DNA of 64,000 nucleotides from Candidatus Multivoradales bacterium (lineage in GTDB: Bacteria > Acidobacteriota > Thermoanaerobaculia > Multivoradales > JAHEKO01). Below are positions 47,003 through 55,597 of the stretch, piece by piece. Within the stretch, counting starts at the first letter, position 1. Every line of letters begins with the position of its first letter. Made by a program: the position numbers and the translations under genes. Below the pieces are notes generated by a model that was not told the origin of the DNA, did not search any database, and saw nothing but the letters and a program-made list of their open reading frames with translations. The stretch spans positions 2,848,001 to 2,912,000 of the forward strand of contig CBDFIJ010000004.1 of assembly GCA_965248055.1 (NCBI GenBank), given 5' to 3'.

Positions 47003-48391
47003 ATGAAGTCCGTAAAACAGTTAACGATCGCGGTTGGTCCGGCATTGACGCTGGCTGCCATCAGCGCGATCATCACACTCTCTTGCACTTCGGCTCCAGA
47101 GTCCCAGATCTCCGCTCCAGAGCCCCAGACCACGGCGGAGATAGAAGCGACCTCGCTTCAGCAGAGGGCGTTCTCAGCTGTGCTGTTTCCTTACATTCCC
47201 GACTCCGGGGAGGACAATTTCGCCAGCTTGATCAGCTCTCTTGAGGGTTCTTTCGAGTCGGCAAACCCGGATATTGACTTGCAGCTGACGATCGATCCGA
47301 ACATAGATGTGTACGACATGGGCACCCTGGCTACGTTGTTGGGGACCGGGGCGGGCGCTGTCAACATGGTCGAGGTCGACACGATTCTCATGGGTGATCT
47401 GGTGTCGCAGGCGATGGTCCAGCCGCTGCCATTCGATATCAGTGGATTCGGTCTGCTGGGGACGGCGGTGACATCTGCCACCGTGAGCTCTACCGTCTAC
47501 GGTGTGCCCACCTATTTATGCGGCAACTACATCTATTCATGGGACCCAGGCATCAGTTCTGTGAACACGGGTCAAGGCTTGATCGATTTTCTGAGCCAAA
47601 GCCCCAACCCTTCGGCTACGTCGCTGATTGGCAATCTCAAGGGCAGTTGGACCTTGCCGTCGGCTTACGTCGACGCTTGGGCCGATACTTACACCAACGA
47701 TCCGAGTCAGGTGGCGACGTCTTACAACCTGCCTTTGGACCCGACGACCATGGGTACCTTTACGCCGGTGGTGTATCTGTGTGGAGTCAACGGTGGACCT
47801 TGTCTGGGCGGTAGCTACAAGGACAACACTCTGGCGGAGACCCAATTCGCACAAAACCTGGCGAACGGAATCGTGGTCTATTCGGAGCGCCTGTTTTATA
47901 TCTTGCAAGCCCGAGGGGGAGACATCACGCTGCCTTATGTAATCTCGGCACCTTTGGGAGTGAACAGCAATCCGTTGATGTTTGTTGATGCCTTGGTACT
48001 TAACCCCGCTTGTGCCGGTCAATGCGCTAGCGACTCCCAGACATTTTCCGCGTTCATGAGCAGTCTCGAAGTGCGCAACTTGATCGCTTTCAGCGAGGAC
48101 GTTTCTCCGATGACTTTCCCGCGCTATTTGCTGCAAGCTCTGGAGACGTTCTATACCACTTCAACGGGTAGTCAGAACCTGATCTATCAGCAACTTTGGC
48201 CATTCATTCAGTTGGCTGAGGCATTTCCCAATCAGGGCTTTCCTGAGTCACGGGTGGCTCTCAATACTGAATTGGAACAGGACTTGACCGGTGGTGTAAT
48301 TGTGGCCGCGGAGTCTCCGGTAGGGCAAGAGGTCGGTGGGGTCGAGATCATAAAGGCTTTGACGCGATTTCCCGACCTTGGGAACCCCTAG
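47003..48391 (+). CDS. Thiaminase I (thiamine pyridinylase)-like lipoprotein
   Basis: Start MKSVKQ, lipobox-like TLSC; LFPYIPD (cf. IYPYVPD), EVDTI, YGVPTYLCGNY (catalytic Cys, cf. YGLPQILCTN), VYSERL (catalytic Glu, cf. GYSESM), PLMFVDAL. Confidence 0.8.
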   Translation: MKSVKQLTIAVGPALTLAAISAIITLSCTSAPESQISAPEPQTTAEIEATSLQQRAFSAVLFPYIPDSGEDNFASLISSLEGSFESANPDIDLQLTIDPNIDVYDMGTLATLLGTGAGAVNMVEVDTILMGDLVSQAMVQPLPFDISGFGLLGTAVTSATVSSTVYGVPTYLCGNYIYSWDPGISSVNTGQGLIDFLSQSPNPSATSLIGNLKGSWTLPSAYVDAWADTYTNDPSQVATSYNLPLDPTTMGTFTPVVYLCGVNGGPCLGGSYKDNTLAETQFAQNLANGIVVYSERLFYILQARGGDITLPYVISAPLGVNSNPLMFVDALVLNPACAGQCASDSQTFSAFMSSLEVRNLIAFSEDVSPMTFPRYLLQALETFYTTSTGSQNLIYQQLWPFIQLAEAFPNQGFPESRVALNTELEQDLTGGVIVAAESPVGQEVGGVEIIKALTRFPDLGNP

Positions 48392-48419
48392 ATGGAAGGC
48401 TGAGGAGCAGAATTGCTGG

Positions 48420-48473
48420 CTGTTCGTGGGTGACTGGGCATTCGAGTTACTCGCCCAGTTCGCTCGCGAACAG
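48420..48473 (+). other. Long imperfect hairpin downstream of thiaminase gene
   Basis: CTGTTCGTGGGTGACTGGGC / GCCCAGTTCGCTCGCGAACAG pair over ~20 bp with three G-U wobbles (plus-strand RNA only) and one bulge. Confidence 0.55.
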
Positions 48474-48547
48474 GGTTGCCTGCTTTGGGATGGCGCTGGC
48501 CCCCCGCGTTGCCGAGAAGCATTGATACACCGAGTCTTGAAGGCAAG

Positions 48548-48581
48548 AAAAAACCGGGGCCGCCTTATGGCGACCCCGGTT
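48548..48581 (-). terminator. Intrinsic terminator of RRM copy 1
   Basis: Minus strand AACCGGGGTCGCC-ATAA-GGCGGCCCCGGTTTTT. Confidence 0.85.
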
Positions 48582-48620
48582 GTTCGATACTAGGTAATGT
48601 GACCTAGTCGCGTTACTGGC

Positions 48621-48893
48621 TTACCAGGAATCGCGACGGGGGGCACGCTCAACGCGAGGACGGGCCTCATTGATGTTGAGGGAACGACCACCCATGTCGG
48701 TCTGGTTGAGGGCAGCGATGGCCTCATCGGCACCACTGGACATCTCGACGAAACCGAAGCCACGGGGGCGCCCGGTCTCACGGTCGGTGATCAGGCTGAC
48801 TGAATCAATCGAACCGAACTCCTCGAACATGTCCCGTACTTCTGCCTCGGTGGCGGTGAACGGGAGGTTACCTACATAAATTTTCTTAGACAT
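48621..48893 (-). CDS. RNA recognition motif (RRM) RNA-binding protein, copy 1
   Basis: RNP2 IYVGNL, RNP1 RGFGFVEM, NEARPR. Confidence 0.96.
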   Translation of the reverse strand: MSKKIYVGNLPFTATEAEVRDMFEEFGSIDSVSLITDRETGRPRGFGFVEMSSGADEAIAALNQTDMGGRSLNINEARPRVERAPRRDSW

Positions 48894-49276
48894 GAACTCT
48901 AACTCCTTGACCGTTTTAATAAACGGCGCTTGTTTTCGATCGATTGATCAAAAAATCCTTTTCTACAGAAACACACCGTGACCTACGGTTAACACTCAAC
49001 TCTGGCTTAAGGACGGTTAGAACTGTCGTATGGGCGGGAGGGGAGGTGCGAGGGTCGTTGGGCGCTCCCAACTTGAACTGACATTTTACTACCGATGGCT
49101 AGCTTGGGTCAATGAGCGGGGCAATCAACCCAATTGAAAGAAGCTGAAGAGGGGTAACATCAACGGTGGAGATTTGAGCGACTACTCGCCTTCTATGAAT
49201 CGGGCGGTAAAGGAATCGCGGAAGAACAATCGGAAAACGGTGGGGCACCGATTGACTACGTGCGCTTGTAAGGAAG

Positions 49277-49310
49277 AAAAAAGCCGGGACCCCTAACGGT
49301 GATCCCGGCT
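49277..49310 (-). terminator. Intrinsic terminator of RRM copy 2
   Basis: Minus strand AGCCGGGATC…GGTCCCGGCTTTTTT. Confidence 0.8.
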
Positions 49311-49356
49311 GTTGAATTCTAGGTAACTGTCAGCGCCTAGCCGCCTAGATTGGCGT

Positions 49357-49626
49357 CTACCAGGAGTCGCGACGGGGACGTTCAACGCGGGGACGAGCTT
49401 CGTTGATGTTGAGGGAACGGCCACCCATGTCGGTCTGGTTGAGGGCAGCGATGGCCTCATCGGCACCACTGGACATCTCGACGAAACCGAAGCCACGGGG
49501 GCGCCCGGTCTCACGGTCGGTGATCAGGCTGACTGAGTCAATCGAACCGAACTCCTCGAACATGTCCCGCACTTCTGCCTCGGTGGCGGTGAACGGGAGG
49601 TTACCTACATAAATTTTCTTAGACAT
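49357..49626 (-). CDS. RRM RNA-binding protein, copy 2
   Basis: Identical to copy 1 except for one missing Ala near the C-terminus. Confidence 0.96.
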   Translation of the reverse strand: MSKKIYVGNLPFTATEAEVRDMFEEFGSIDSVSLITDRETGRPRGFGFVEMSSGADEAIAALNQTDMGGRSLNINEARPRVERPRRDSW

Positions 49627-49914
49627 GAACTCTAACTCCTTGACCGTTTTAATAAACGGCGCTTGTTTTCGATCGATTGATCAAAAAATCCTTTTCTAGA
49701 GAAACACACGGTGACCTACGGTGAACACTCAACTCTGGCTTAAGGACGGTTAGAACTGTCGTATGGCGGGAGGGGTGGTACAGAGGGTCGTTGGGCGTTC
49801 CCAACTGAAGGCATAATTCCATCACAAAGCTTTTGAAGTTGGCAAGTCAAGAGCTGCCTCGCCCGTAGGTTCGTCGAAGACGGTCTCTCCAGAATACGGC
49901 CAGCGGCTCTTCTT

Positions 49915-51678
49915 CTAGGAATAAGAAGAGGTGTTGTGCAGCAACCACCGATCGAGCATCATCAATGCCCAACATTGTTCGTTGCGGCGGGTGAAGATTC
50001 TGGGCCGGCGAATGATCTGATTGGCGTGCAGGCGTTGCAGTGCGTCTTCAAACACGGACGGATCTTTTTGAATCCAGTTGCGAATCGAGAGGTTGAAGCC
50101 TCGCTTGGGTAGGTCGAGGTGGCCCGGTGGAAGCCGGGGCTCGACCACTTTGCGCAACACTAATTTCCCCTTCTTGCCGGTGGGGTCACGTTGCAGATGA
50201 GGGGATAACTGTAGCGCCCACTCGACTAACCGGTGATCCAACAACGGCGGGCGGACCTCCAAGGAAAACGCCATGCTGGCCCGATCCACCTTGGTCAGTA
50301 GGTCATCCGGCAGGTAGGTGTGGATGTCTGCCCACTGCATGCGCTGATGTAGTGATAGGTCTTCGCGCCAGTGGTCGCGGAAGTGCCATAGATCGTCGGA
50401 CTGAGAAGATTGTTGCAGTGCCTCTCCGACCAGGGCTTGTTTTTGCGTTGGGGTAAAGACCCCTAGGAAAGAGGCGTAGCGGACTAGTTGACTAGTAGCG
50501 CCGCGGCGTTGGCTGGAGCGACCGATGCCGGAGAACGGTGGGGCAACGGTGGCGAGAATTCGACGGGCGAAGGTCGAAGGCGCGGTCATCGCCGACCCGT
50601 ACCAGCGATAGCCACAGAAAAGCTCGTCCCCGCCTTCGCCACTTAGGGCAACCGTGACGTGTTTGCGGGCGAACCGACTGACCAGCCATACCGCAAGTGC
50701 TCCCGAGTCGCTGAAAGGCTCATCGAATACCGAAACCATGGTGTCCAAGGCTTGGCTCAGGTCGGGGATGTCGGCGACCTCCTGGTGGTGGTCGGTCCCC
50801 AAATGCTGGGCGACCCTCTCGGCGGCAGCGGCTTCGTCTCTATGGGCTTCCGATTGCCCCAGGGTGAATGTCGAGGCTCCTTTCAAGTAGCTGGTGATTG
50901 AGGTCGAGTCTAGGCCGCCACTCAAGAACACCCCGACCGGGACATCCGACAAGGTATGTTGCGGGATGACTTCGCCCAGCAGTTGATTCAGCTGTTCGGC
51001 GGCAGAGTCCAGATCGGTTATCGATTGTTCGGGGCTCGGTTGCCAGTAACGCGCCGTGCGCAGCCCGCCATCTCGCCATTGTAGATAGTGCCCCGCGGGC
51101 AACTTGTGGATTCCCTGCCATGGGGTCTTGGGGGTCGGGACATAGCCATAGGTCAGGTAGTCGGAGAGTGCCGAAATATCGAGATCCGCCGCACCTAGTT
51201 CCAGCAAAGGAGCTAGCTCCGAGGCGAACGCCAAGCCGCCGCCGATCGGTCGGTAGTAGAACGGCTTGATCCCCAAACGGTCACGAACTGCGAACAACGA
51301 TTGGTCTTGTTGATTCCAAATGGCGTAGGCAAACATGCCATTGAGCTGGTGTACCGATTCCGGTCCATGCTCCCTGAAGGCGTGCAGAATGACTTCGCTG
51401 TCGGTATCAGAAACGAAAGGGCCGGCCAGCCGAGAACGGATCTCCCGAAAGTTGTAGACCTCACCGTTGTAGGTGAGAGTGAGATCGTCGAGATGCATCG
51501 GCTGGCGACCCGCGTCGGAGAGGTCGAGGATTGACAGTCGTGCGTGGCCGATGTGGGCGCTAGGGGAGCGCCAGACTCCGGAAGCGTCCGGGCCGCGGTG
51601 ATTGAGCATTACGGTCATTCGCTCGATCACGTTGGGGTCTTCAGGGGGGCGTCCGACGATGCCTGCGATACCGCACAT
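49915..51678 (-). CDS. asnB: Asparagine synthase (glutamine-hydrolysing) family amidotransferase
   Basis: Start re-set to MCGIAG (Ntn Cys2); HRGPD, RDRLGIKP, LSGGLDS, SGEGGDE, KVDRASMAFSLEVR. Confidence 0.93.
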   Translation of the reverse strand: MCGIAGIVGRPPEDPNVIERMTVMLNHRGPDASGVWRSPSAHIGHARLSILDLSDAGRQPMHLDDLTLTYNGEVYNFREIRSRLAGPFVSDTDSEVILHAFREHGPESVHQLNGMFAYAIWNQQDQSLFAVRDRLGIKPFYYRPIGGGLAFASELAPLLELGAADLDISALSDYLTYGYVPTPKTPWQGIHKLPAGHYLQWRDGGLRTARYWQPSPEQSITDLDSAAEQLNQLLGEVIPQHTLSDVPVGVFLSGGLDSTSITSYLKGASTFTLGQSEAHRDEAAAAERVAQHLGTDHHQEVADIPDLSQALDTMVSVFDEPFSDSGALAVWLVSRFARKHVTVALSGEGGDELFCGYRWYGSAMTAPSTFARRILATVAPPFSGIGRSSQRRGATSQLVRYASFLGVFTPTQKQALVGEALQQSSQSDDLWHFRDHWREDLSLHQRMQWADIHTYLPDDLLTKVDRASMAFSLEVRPPLLDHRLVEWALQLSPHLQRDPTGKKGKLVLRKVVEPRLPPGHLDLPKRGFNLSIRNWIQKDPSVFEDALQRLHANQIIRRPRIFTRRNEQCWALMMLDRWLLHNTSSYS

Positions 51679-51779
51679 GGCGTGGATGGTAGCAAGCCCA
51701 ATGACGGTCAACCAATGGCGATCAACCAATGGGGGTTTGTCAGTAGTCGAAACGCTGGAGACGGTTCGGTCTTGGGAGT

Positions 51780-51980
51780 AGACCCCGGCCCCCCGCGCCC
51801 GCCATCCCGCCGGGATGACGAAAAAGTGGGCACCGGGATGACGGGAAGAGGGCTGCCGTCGGGGTGATAAGGAAAAGGACTTCCGCCGGGATGACGAGGG
51901 AGCGGGGCGGAAACCGTGAGTTGTCGAATAATCCAATTCACGCCATTCCCGTGGGTGGCGGGGAGTGCGGCGGGAATCCA
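51780..51980. repeat. Cluster of GTCATCCC/GCCATTCCC REP copies between asnB and fmt
   Basis: Full minus-strand REP 51780-51819, further GGGATGAC heads at ~51835 and ~51888, plus-strand CGCCATTCCCG…CGGGAATCCA at 51941-51980. Confidence 0.8.
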
Positions 51981-52027
51981 TTCGATTTGTCCCACCATCG
52001 ATGTAGTGCCGTTGGTAGCATCACCGC

Positions 52028-53029
52028 ATGTCGCTTGACCGCATCGTTTACTTTGGTACGCCCGATTTCGCCGTACCATCTTTGCGGGCGATGGCCGACG
52101 ACGGACGCGCTCCGGCGTTGGTGGTCACCCAGCCGCCTCGACGCAGTGGTCGGGGGATGCGGCTTCAACCATCCCCTGTTGCGCTTGCTGCGGTCGAACT
52201 GGGGCTACCCCTGGCCGAAGTGGCGTCGGTGCGTGATGCCCAGTTTTTGGATCAACTGCGCGACCTGGAACTCGACCTTGCCGTGGTGGCAGCGTTTGGC
52301 CAGATCTTTCGCCGTTCGCTCTTGCAACTGCCCCGCTTGGGATGCCTAAACATTCACGCTTCGTTGCTGCCGGCGTATCGCGGTGGAGCGCCGATTCAGG
52401 CGGTGATCGCCAACGGTGAGGCTGAGACCGGGGTGTCGATGATGTGGATGGAGCGCGGTTTGGACAGCGGGCGGGTTCTGGTTCGCCGTCGTTTGCCCAT
52501 CGAGGCAGGAGAAATTGCCAGCGACCTGAGTAATCGTTTGGCTGAGCTCGGAGCCTCAACCTTGATGGAGATGCTGGCCCTGATTGAAGGCGGAGACGCA
52601 ATCGGGGAAGTCCCAGCTGGCGAGCTCCAAGATCCTTTGAAAGTGAGTTACGCACCACAGCTCAAGCGGCAGGATGGTTTGGTGGATTGGAACCTGAGTG
52701 CTCAAACTCTTTATGACCGCTGGCGCGGCTACCAGCCTTGGCCTGGGATCTTCGTGAATCATCGGGGCGAAGCGGTGAAGCTGATGGCGGTGACGAACTG
52801 CGAGGTGGGTGTTTCGGATGTCTCCGATTTGTGCGCAACCCCAGGCGTCGTGGCGGAGGTTAACGGGGCCAACCTAGTGATTGCATGCGGAGAGGGAATG
52901 CTGGCGATTGAGTTGGCCAGGAGACCGGGTCGGGGAGCGGTGTCAGGCCGCGAGCTTGCTGACGGCTTGCGATTGTCGGGTGGGGATCCATTTGGAGTTC
53001 CAGGATCCCAGAGTCAGGTTGGCAGTTGA
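52028..53029 (+). CDS. fmt: Methionyl-tRNA formyltransferase
   Basis: FGTPDFA, VVTQPPR..GRG, NIHASLLPAYRGGAPIQ, LDSG. Confidence 0.96.
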   Translation: MSLDRIVYFGTPDFAVPSLRAMADDGRAPALVVTQPPRRSGRGMRLQPSPVALAAVELGLPLAEVASVRDAQFLDQLRDLELDLAVVAAFGQIFRRSLLQLPRLGCLNIHASLLPAYRGGAPIQAVIANGEAETGVSMMWMERGLDSGRVLVRRRLPIEAGEIASDLSNRLAELGASTLMEMLALIEGGDAIGEVPAGELQDPLKVSYAPQLKRQDGLVDWNLSAQTLYDRWRGYQPWPGIFVNHRGEAVKLMAVTNCEVGVSDVSDLCATPGVVAEVNGANLVIACGEGMLAIELARRPGRGAVSGRELADGLRLSGGDPFGVPGSQSQVGS

Positions 53030-53128
53030 TGGCGAAGCGGCGCAGGTTCTCAGACACTGGGGCAAGAAAACTAGGGTTTCTAAAGCCGGGGCTCAAGAAC
53101 CGGGAATCCTGAAGCTGAGAATCCCAAA

Positions 53129-54469
53129 ATGAGAATTTCAGAAACAGAGAACTCTGCCAAGAAACAAATCCCCAACGTGCGCGCCCGCGCGGCGTCGACG
53201 ATCGATGCTGTGCTCGCCGGCGACGAAAGTATTGGTACCGCGGTGAACCGATTGAGCTCTACTGTGTCGGCGGTCGACCTGCGTCTTTTTAGACAGTTGA
53301 CTTCGGGCACTGTCCGTTGGCTCAGATTTCTTGACGTGGTGATCGAACAGGCGGCACGTAGACCGGTGGAAAAAATTGATTCCGGTTTGCGCTCGCACCT
53401 ACGCGTGGCGGTCTACCAGATCCTCTTCTTAGGCCGGGTGCCGGCGCGAGCGGCAGTGTTTGAGGCGGTCGAGCTCGCCAAAAGAACGTCTGGAGTCGGG
53501 GCCAGTAAGTTTGCCAACGGAGTTCTCAGGTCGATCGCCCGCAAGCCTGAAAGGGACCTGTGGCAACTGGAAACCGACGACGCGGTGAGTGACTTGGCGC
53601 TCAACCAAAGTCATCCCGAATTTCTGGTTCGCTCGTGGGTAGATCAATTCGGTTGGCGACAAACGGAAAACCTTTTGGCTACCAACAACCAACCCAAGGG
53701 CTCGTTGTCGGTGATGGGGGAGGTGTCGAAGTTGGTCGAGCGACTCTCCGCCGAAGGCGGATCGGTCGAGTTGTCGAGCATCTCACCGGTGGGGTTGATG
53801 GTTGACGGAGTCGGCGTCAAGAAGGCGCTAAAGGTGGGTGGCTACGTGCAAGACCAAGCCAGCCAAGCGGCGGCTTTGGTGCCACTGCCGCGCGCCGGAG
53901 AGACTATTTTCGATGCCGCTGCCGCTCCGGGTGGAAAGTCGCTAGCGCTGCTGGCGTATCAGCCGAGAGTCAAGATCGTGGCTGCCGACAGCAAGCCGCG
54001 CCGCATCAGGAGATTGGTGAGCAATCTGGGCGAATCGGTACAGATCTTGGCTGCCGATGCACTCCAGCCCGCGGTTCGAGGCGGATTCGATCGGGTCGTG
54101 TTCGATGCACCTTGCAGTGGCACCGGCACTCTGCGCAAGCATCCGGAGTTGAAGTGGCGCGTTAGCGGCTCAGAGATTGACCGACTGAGCGCGATTCAAC
54201 GTTCCGGTTTGGCCTCACTGGCGCCTCTGGTAGCACCTGGTGGGTTGCTTTGCTACATCACTTGCTCGATCGAAAGGCAAGAAAACCAGGATGTGGTTGA
54301 CCGGTTTCTGGAGACCAACCCGGGGTGGCAGTTGGAGCCGTTGCAGCAACCTGAGGCGCTCCCCGAGTCGCTGCAGCGGTCTGTATTGGGTCCAGGACGC
54401 TGGCAGCTACTGCCCGCTGACGACCACGACGGTGCGACGGTTCACGTACTACGCCGACCCATGCGCTGA
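53129..54469 (+). CDS. rsmB: 16S rRNA m5C967 methyltransferase RsmB (Sun)
   Basis: NusB-like N-terminus, VQDQAS, DAAAAPGGKS, DAPCSGTG, YITCS…EN. Confidence 0.92.
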   Translation: MRISETENSAKKQIPNVRARAASTIDAVLAGDESIGTAVNRLSSTVSAVDLRLFRQLTSGTVRWLRFLDVVIEQAARRPVEKIDSGLRSHLRVAVYQILFLGRVPARAAVFEAVELAKRTSGVGASKFANGVLRSIARKPERDLWQLETDDAVSDLALNQSHPEFLVRSWVDQFGWRQTENLLATNNQPKGSLSVMGEVSKLVERLSAEGGSVELSSISPVGLMVDGVGVKKALKVGGYVQDQASQAAALVPLPRAGETIFDAAAAPGGKSLALLAYQPRVKIVAADSKPRRIRRLVSNLGESVQILAADALQPAVRGGFDRVVFDAPCSGTGTLRKHPELKWRVSGSEIDRLSAIQRSGLASLAPLVAPGGLLCYITCSIERQENQDVVDRFLETNPGWQLEPLQQPEALPESLQRSVLGPGRWQLLPADDHDGATVHVLRRPMR

Positions 54470-54491
54470 GCTGCCGCTAGCGAGAAAGTGG

Positions 54492-55559
54492 CTACTCGAC
54501 CAGGCCGCCGGAGCGTTCCAAGAGGGCGCTGACCAGTACGAATTCATAGCCTGCCTGCTGCGCTCGCGGGACCCATTCATTGAGGGCTTCTAGAGTTATT
54601 TGATGAGGATGCCCGATGACCACGGCAGCGCCGTCGCGGCGCGCAACTTCCATGGCCCGCAGGAATTGTCCCCCGATCCAGTCCGCCGACAATTCTCCGT
54701 CCAAGAACACTTGTCGTTCGGTGGTAGGGATGCCGATTTCTTTAGCTAGCGAGTACCCGGCGCTTTGGGCACTGGTACGAGAATCTAAGAAATAGAGGCC
54801 CCGTTGTTGGACCACGCCGAGAATGGCGGCCATAGATTCACGGTCGGTGGTCAAACTGGATCCCATGTGATTGTTGACCCCGATTCGACCTGGGACCGCG
54901 TCCAAAGCACTCTCGGTGGCGGCCATCAGCTCTGCGACTCCCATCGACGAGGTCAACGCGCCGGGTCCGGGGTTGGCGCCACTGGCGGGTTCCATCGGCA
55001 GGTGACAGATCATCTCGTGTCCACCGGCGCGAATTGCTTCGACCACTTGCGGCGTGCGAACTTCGAACGGCAGCACGGCGAAGGTCATGGGGACGCCAAG
55101 CGCTTCGAGGTCTTTGACGTCAGAGACTTTGCGTCCGAGATCGTCGATCACCAGGGCGATACGGGAAACCCCCGAGGCTGGCAGCATGGAATCAGGATTG
55201 GCCGGTGGCTCTTCAACCGCGACGCTGGGGACGGGATATTCAGCCTCCGGTCTCGGCTGGGTTGACGCTGCAATGGGTTTGTCTTTTGTTGACCTAGAGG
55301 CTTTGGGTGTAGAGCTGCCAGTGTTTTTTGATTTCTCTTCCTCGACCTTGGTGGCAGAACCACTGTCGGTGGGGAACCAATTTTCGAAGCCACCTCCAAG
55401 GTAGAAACCAGCGGCGAATACCCCCACAACCACCGCGACCCACAGCGGCAGCACCCATCGGGGTCGAGTCGAACGGCGCTTGCCTCTCGGTTTTGAGGTA
55501 ACTCGAGTGGACCGTTTCTTTCCCTTTTTCTTGGCGGCGGAACGCCGCTTGGCAACCAT
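54492..55559 (-). CDS. Divergent polysaccharide deacetylase family protein (YibQ/DUF610)
   Basis: IALVIDDLG, HLPMEP, GVNNHMGS, FLDSRT, VFLD, IGHP. Confidence 0.92.
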   Translation of the reverse strand: MVAKRRSAAKKKGKKRSTRVTSKPRGKRRSTRPRWVLPLWVAVVVGVFAAGFYLGGGFENWFPTDSGSATKVEEEKSKNTGSSTPKASRSTKDKPIAASTQPRPEAEYPVPSVAVEEPPANPDSMLPASGVSRIALVIDDLGRKVSDVKDLEALGVPMTFAVLPFEVRTPQVVEAIRAGGHEMICHLPMEPASGANPGPGALTSSMGVAELMAATESALDAVPGRIGVNNHMGSSLTTDRESMAAILGVVQQRGLYFLDSRTSAQSAGYSLAKEIGIPTTERQVFLDGELSADWIGGQFLRAMEVARRDGAAVVIGHPHQITLEALNEWVPRAQQAGYEFVLVSALLERSGGLVE

Positions 55560-55597
55560 GTTTTTGTTTGGGCTAATCAGGTCGACCGGGAGAAGGA

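Larger units (their letters stand above)
48621..49806 (-). repeat. Tandem duplication of RRM gene plus ~180-bp upstream leader (offset 733 bp)
   Basis: 48621-~49073 nearly identical to 49357-~49806. Confidence 0.93.

Noticed and set aside
49915-51678. Lasso-peptide cyclase
   Set aside because: Intact Ntn glutaminase Cys2 and no precursor, B1 or B2 genes adjacent
51679-51981. N-terminal extensions in the ORF track for asnB (also lat, moxR and thiaminase)
   Set aside because: The extensions run through REP or intergenic DNA or overlap neighbours; family-typical starts lie downstream
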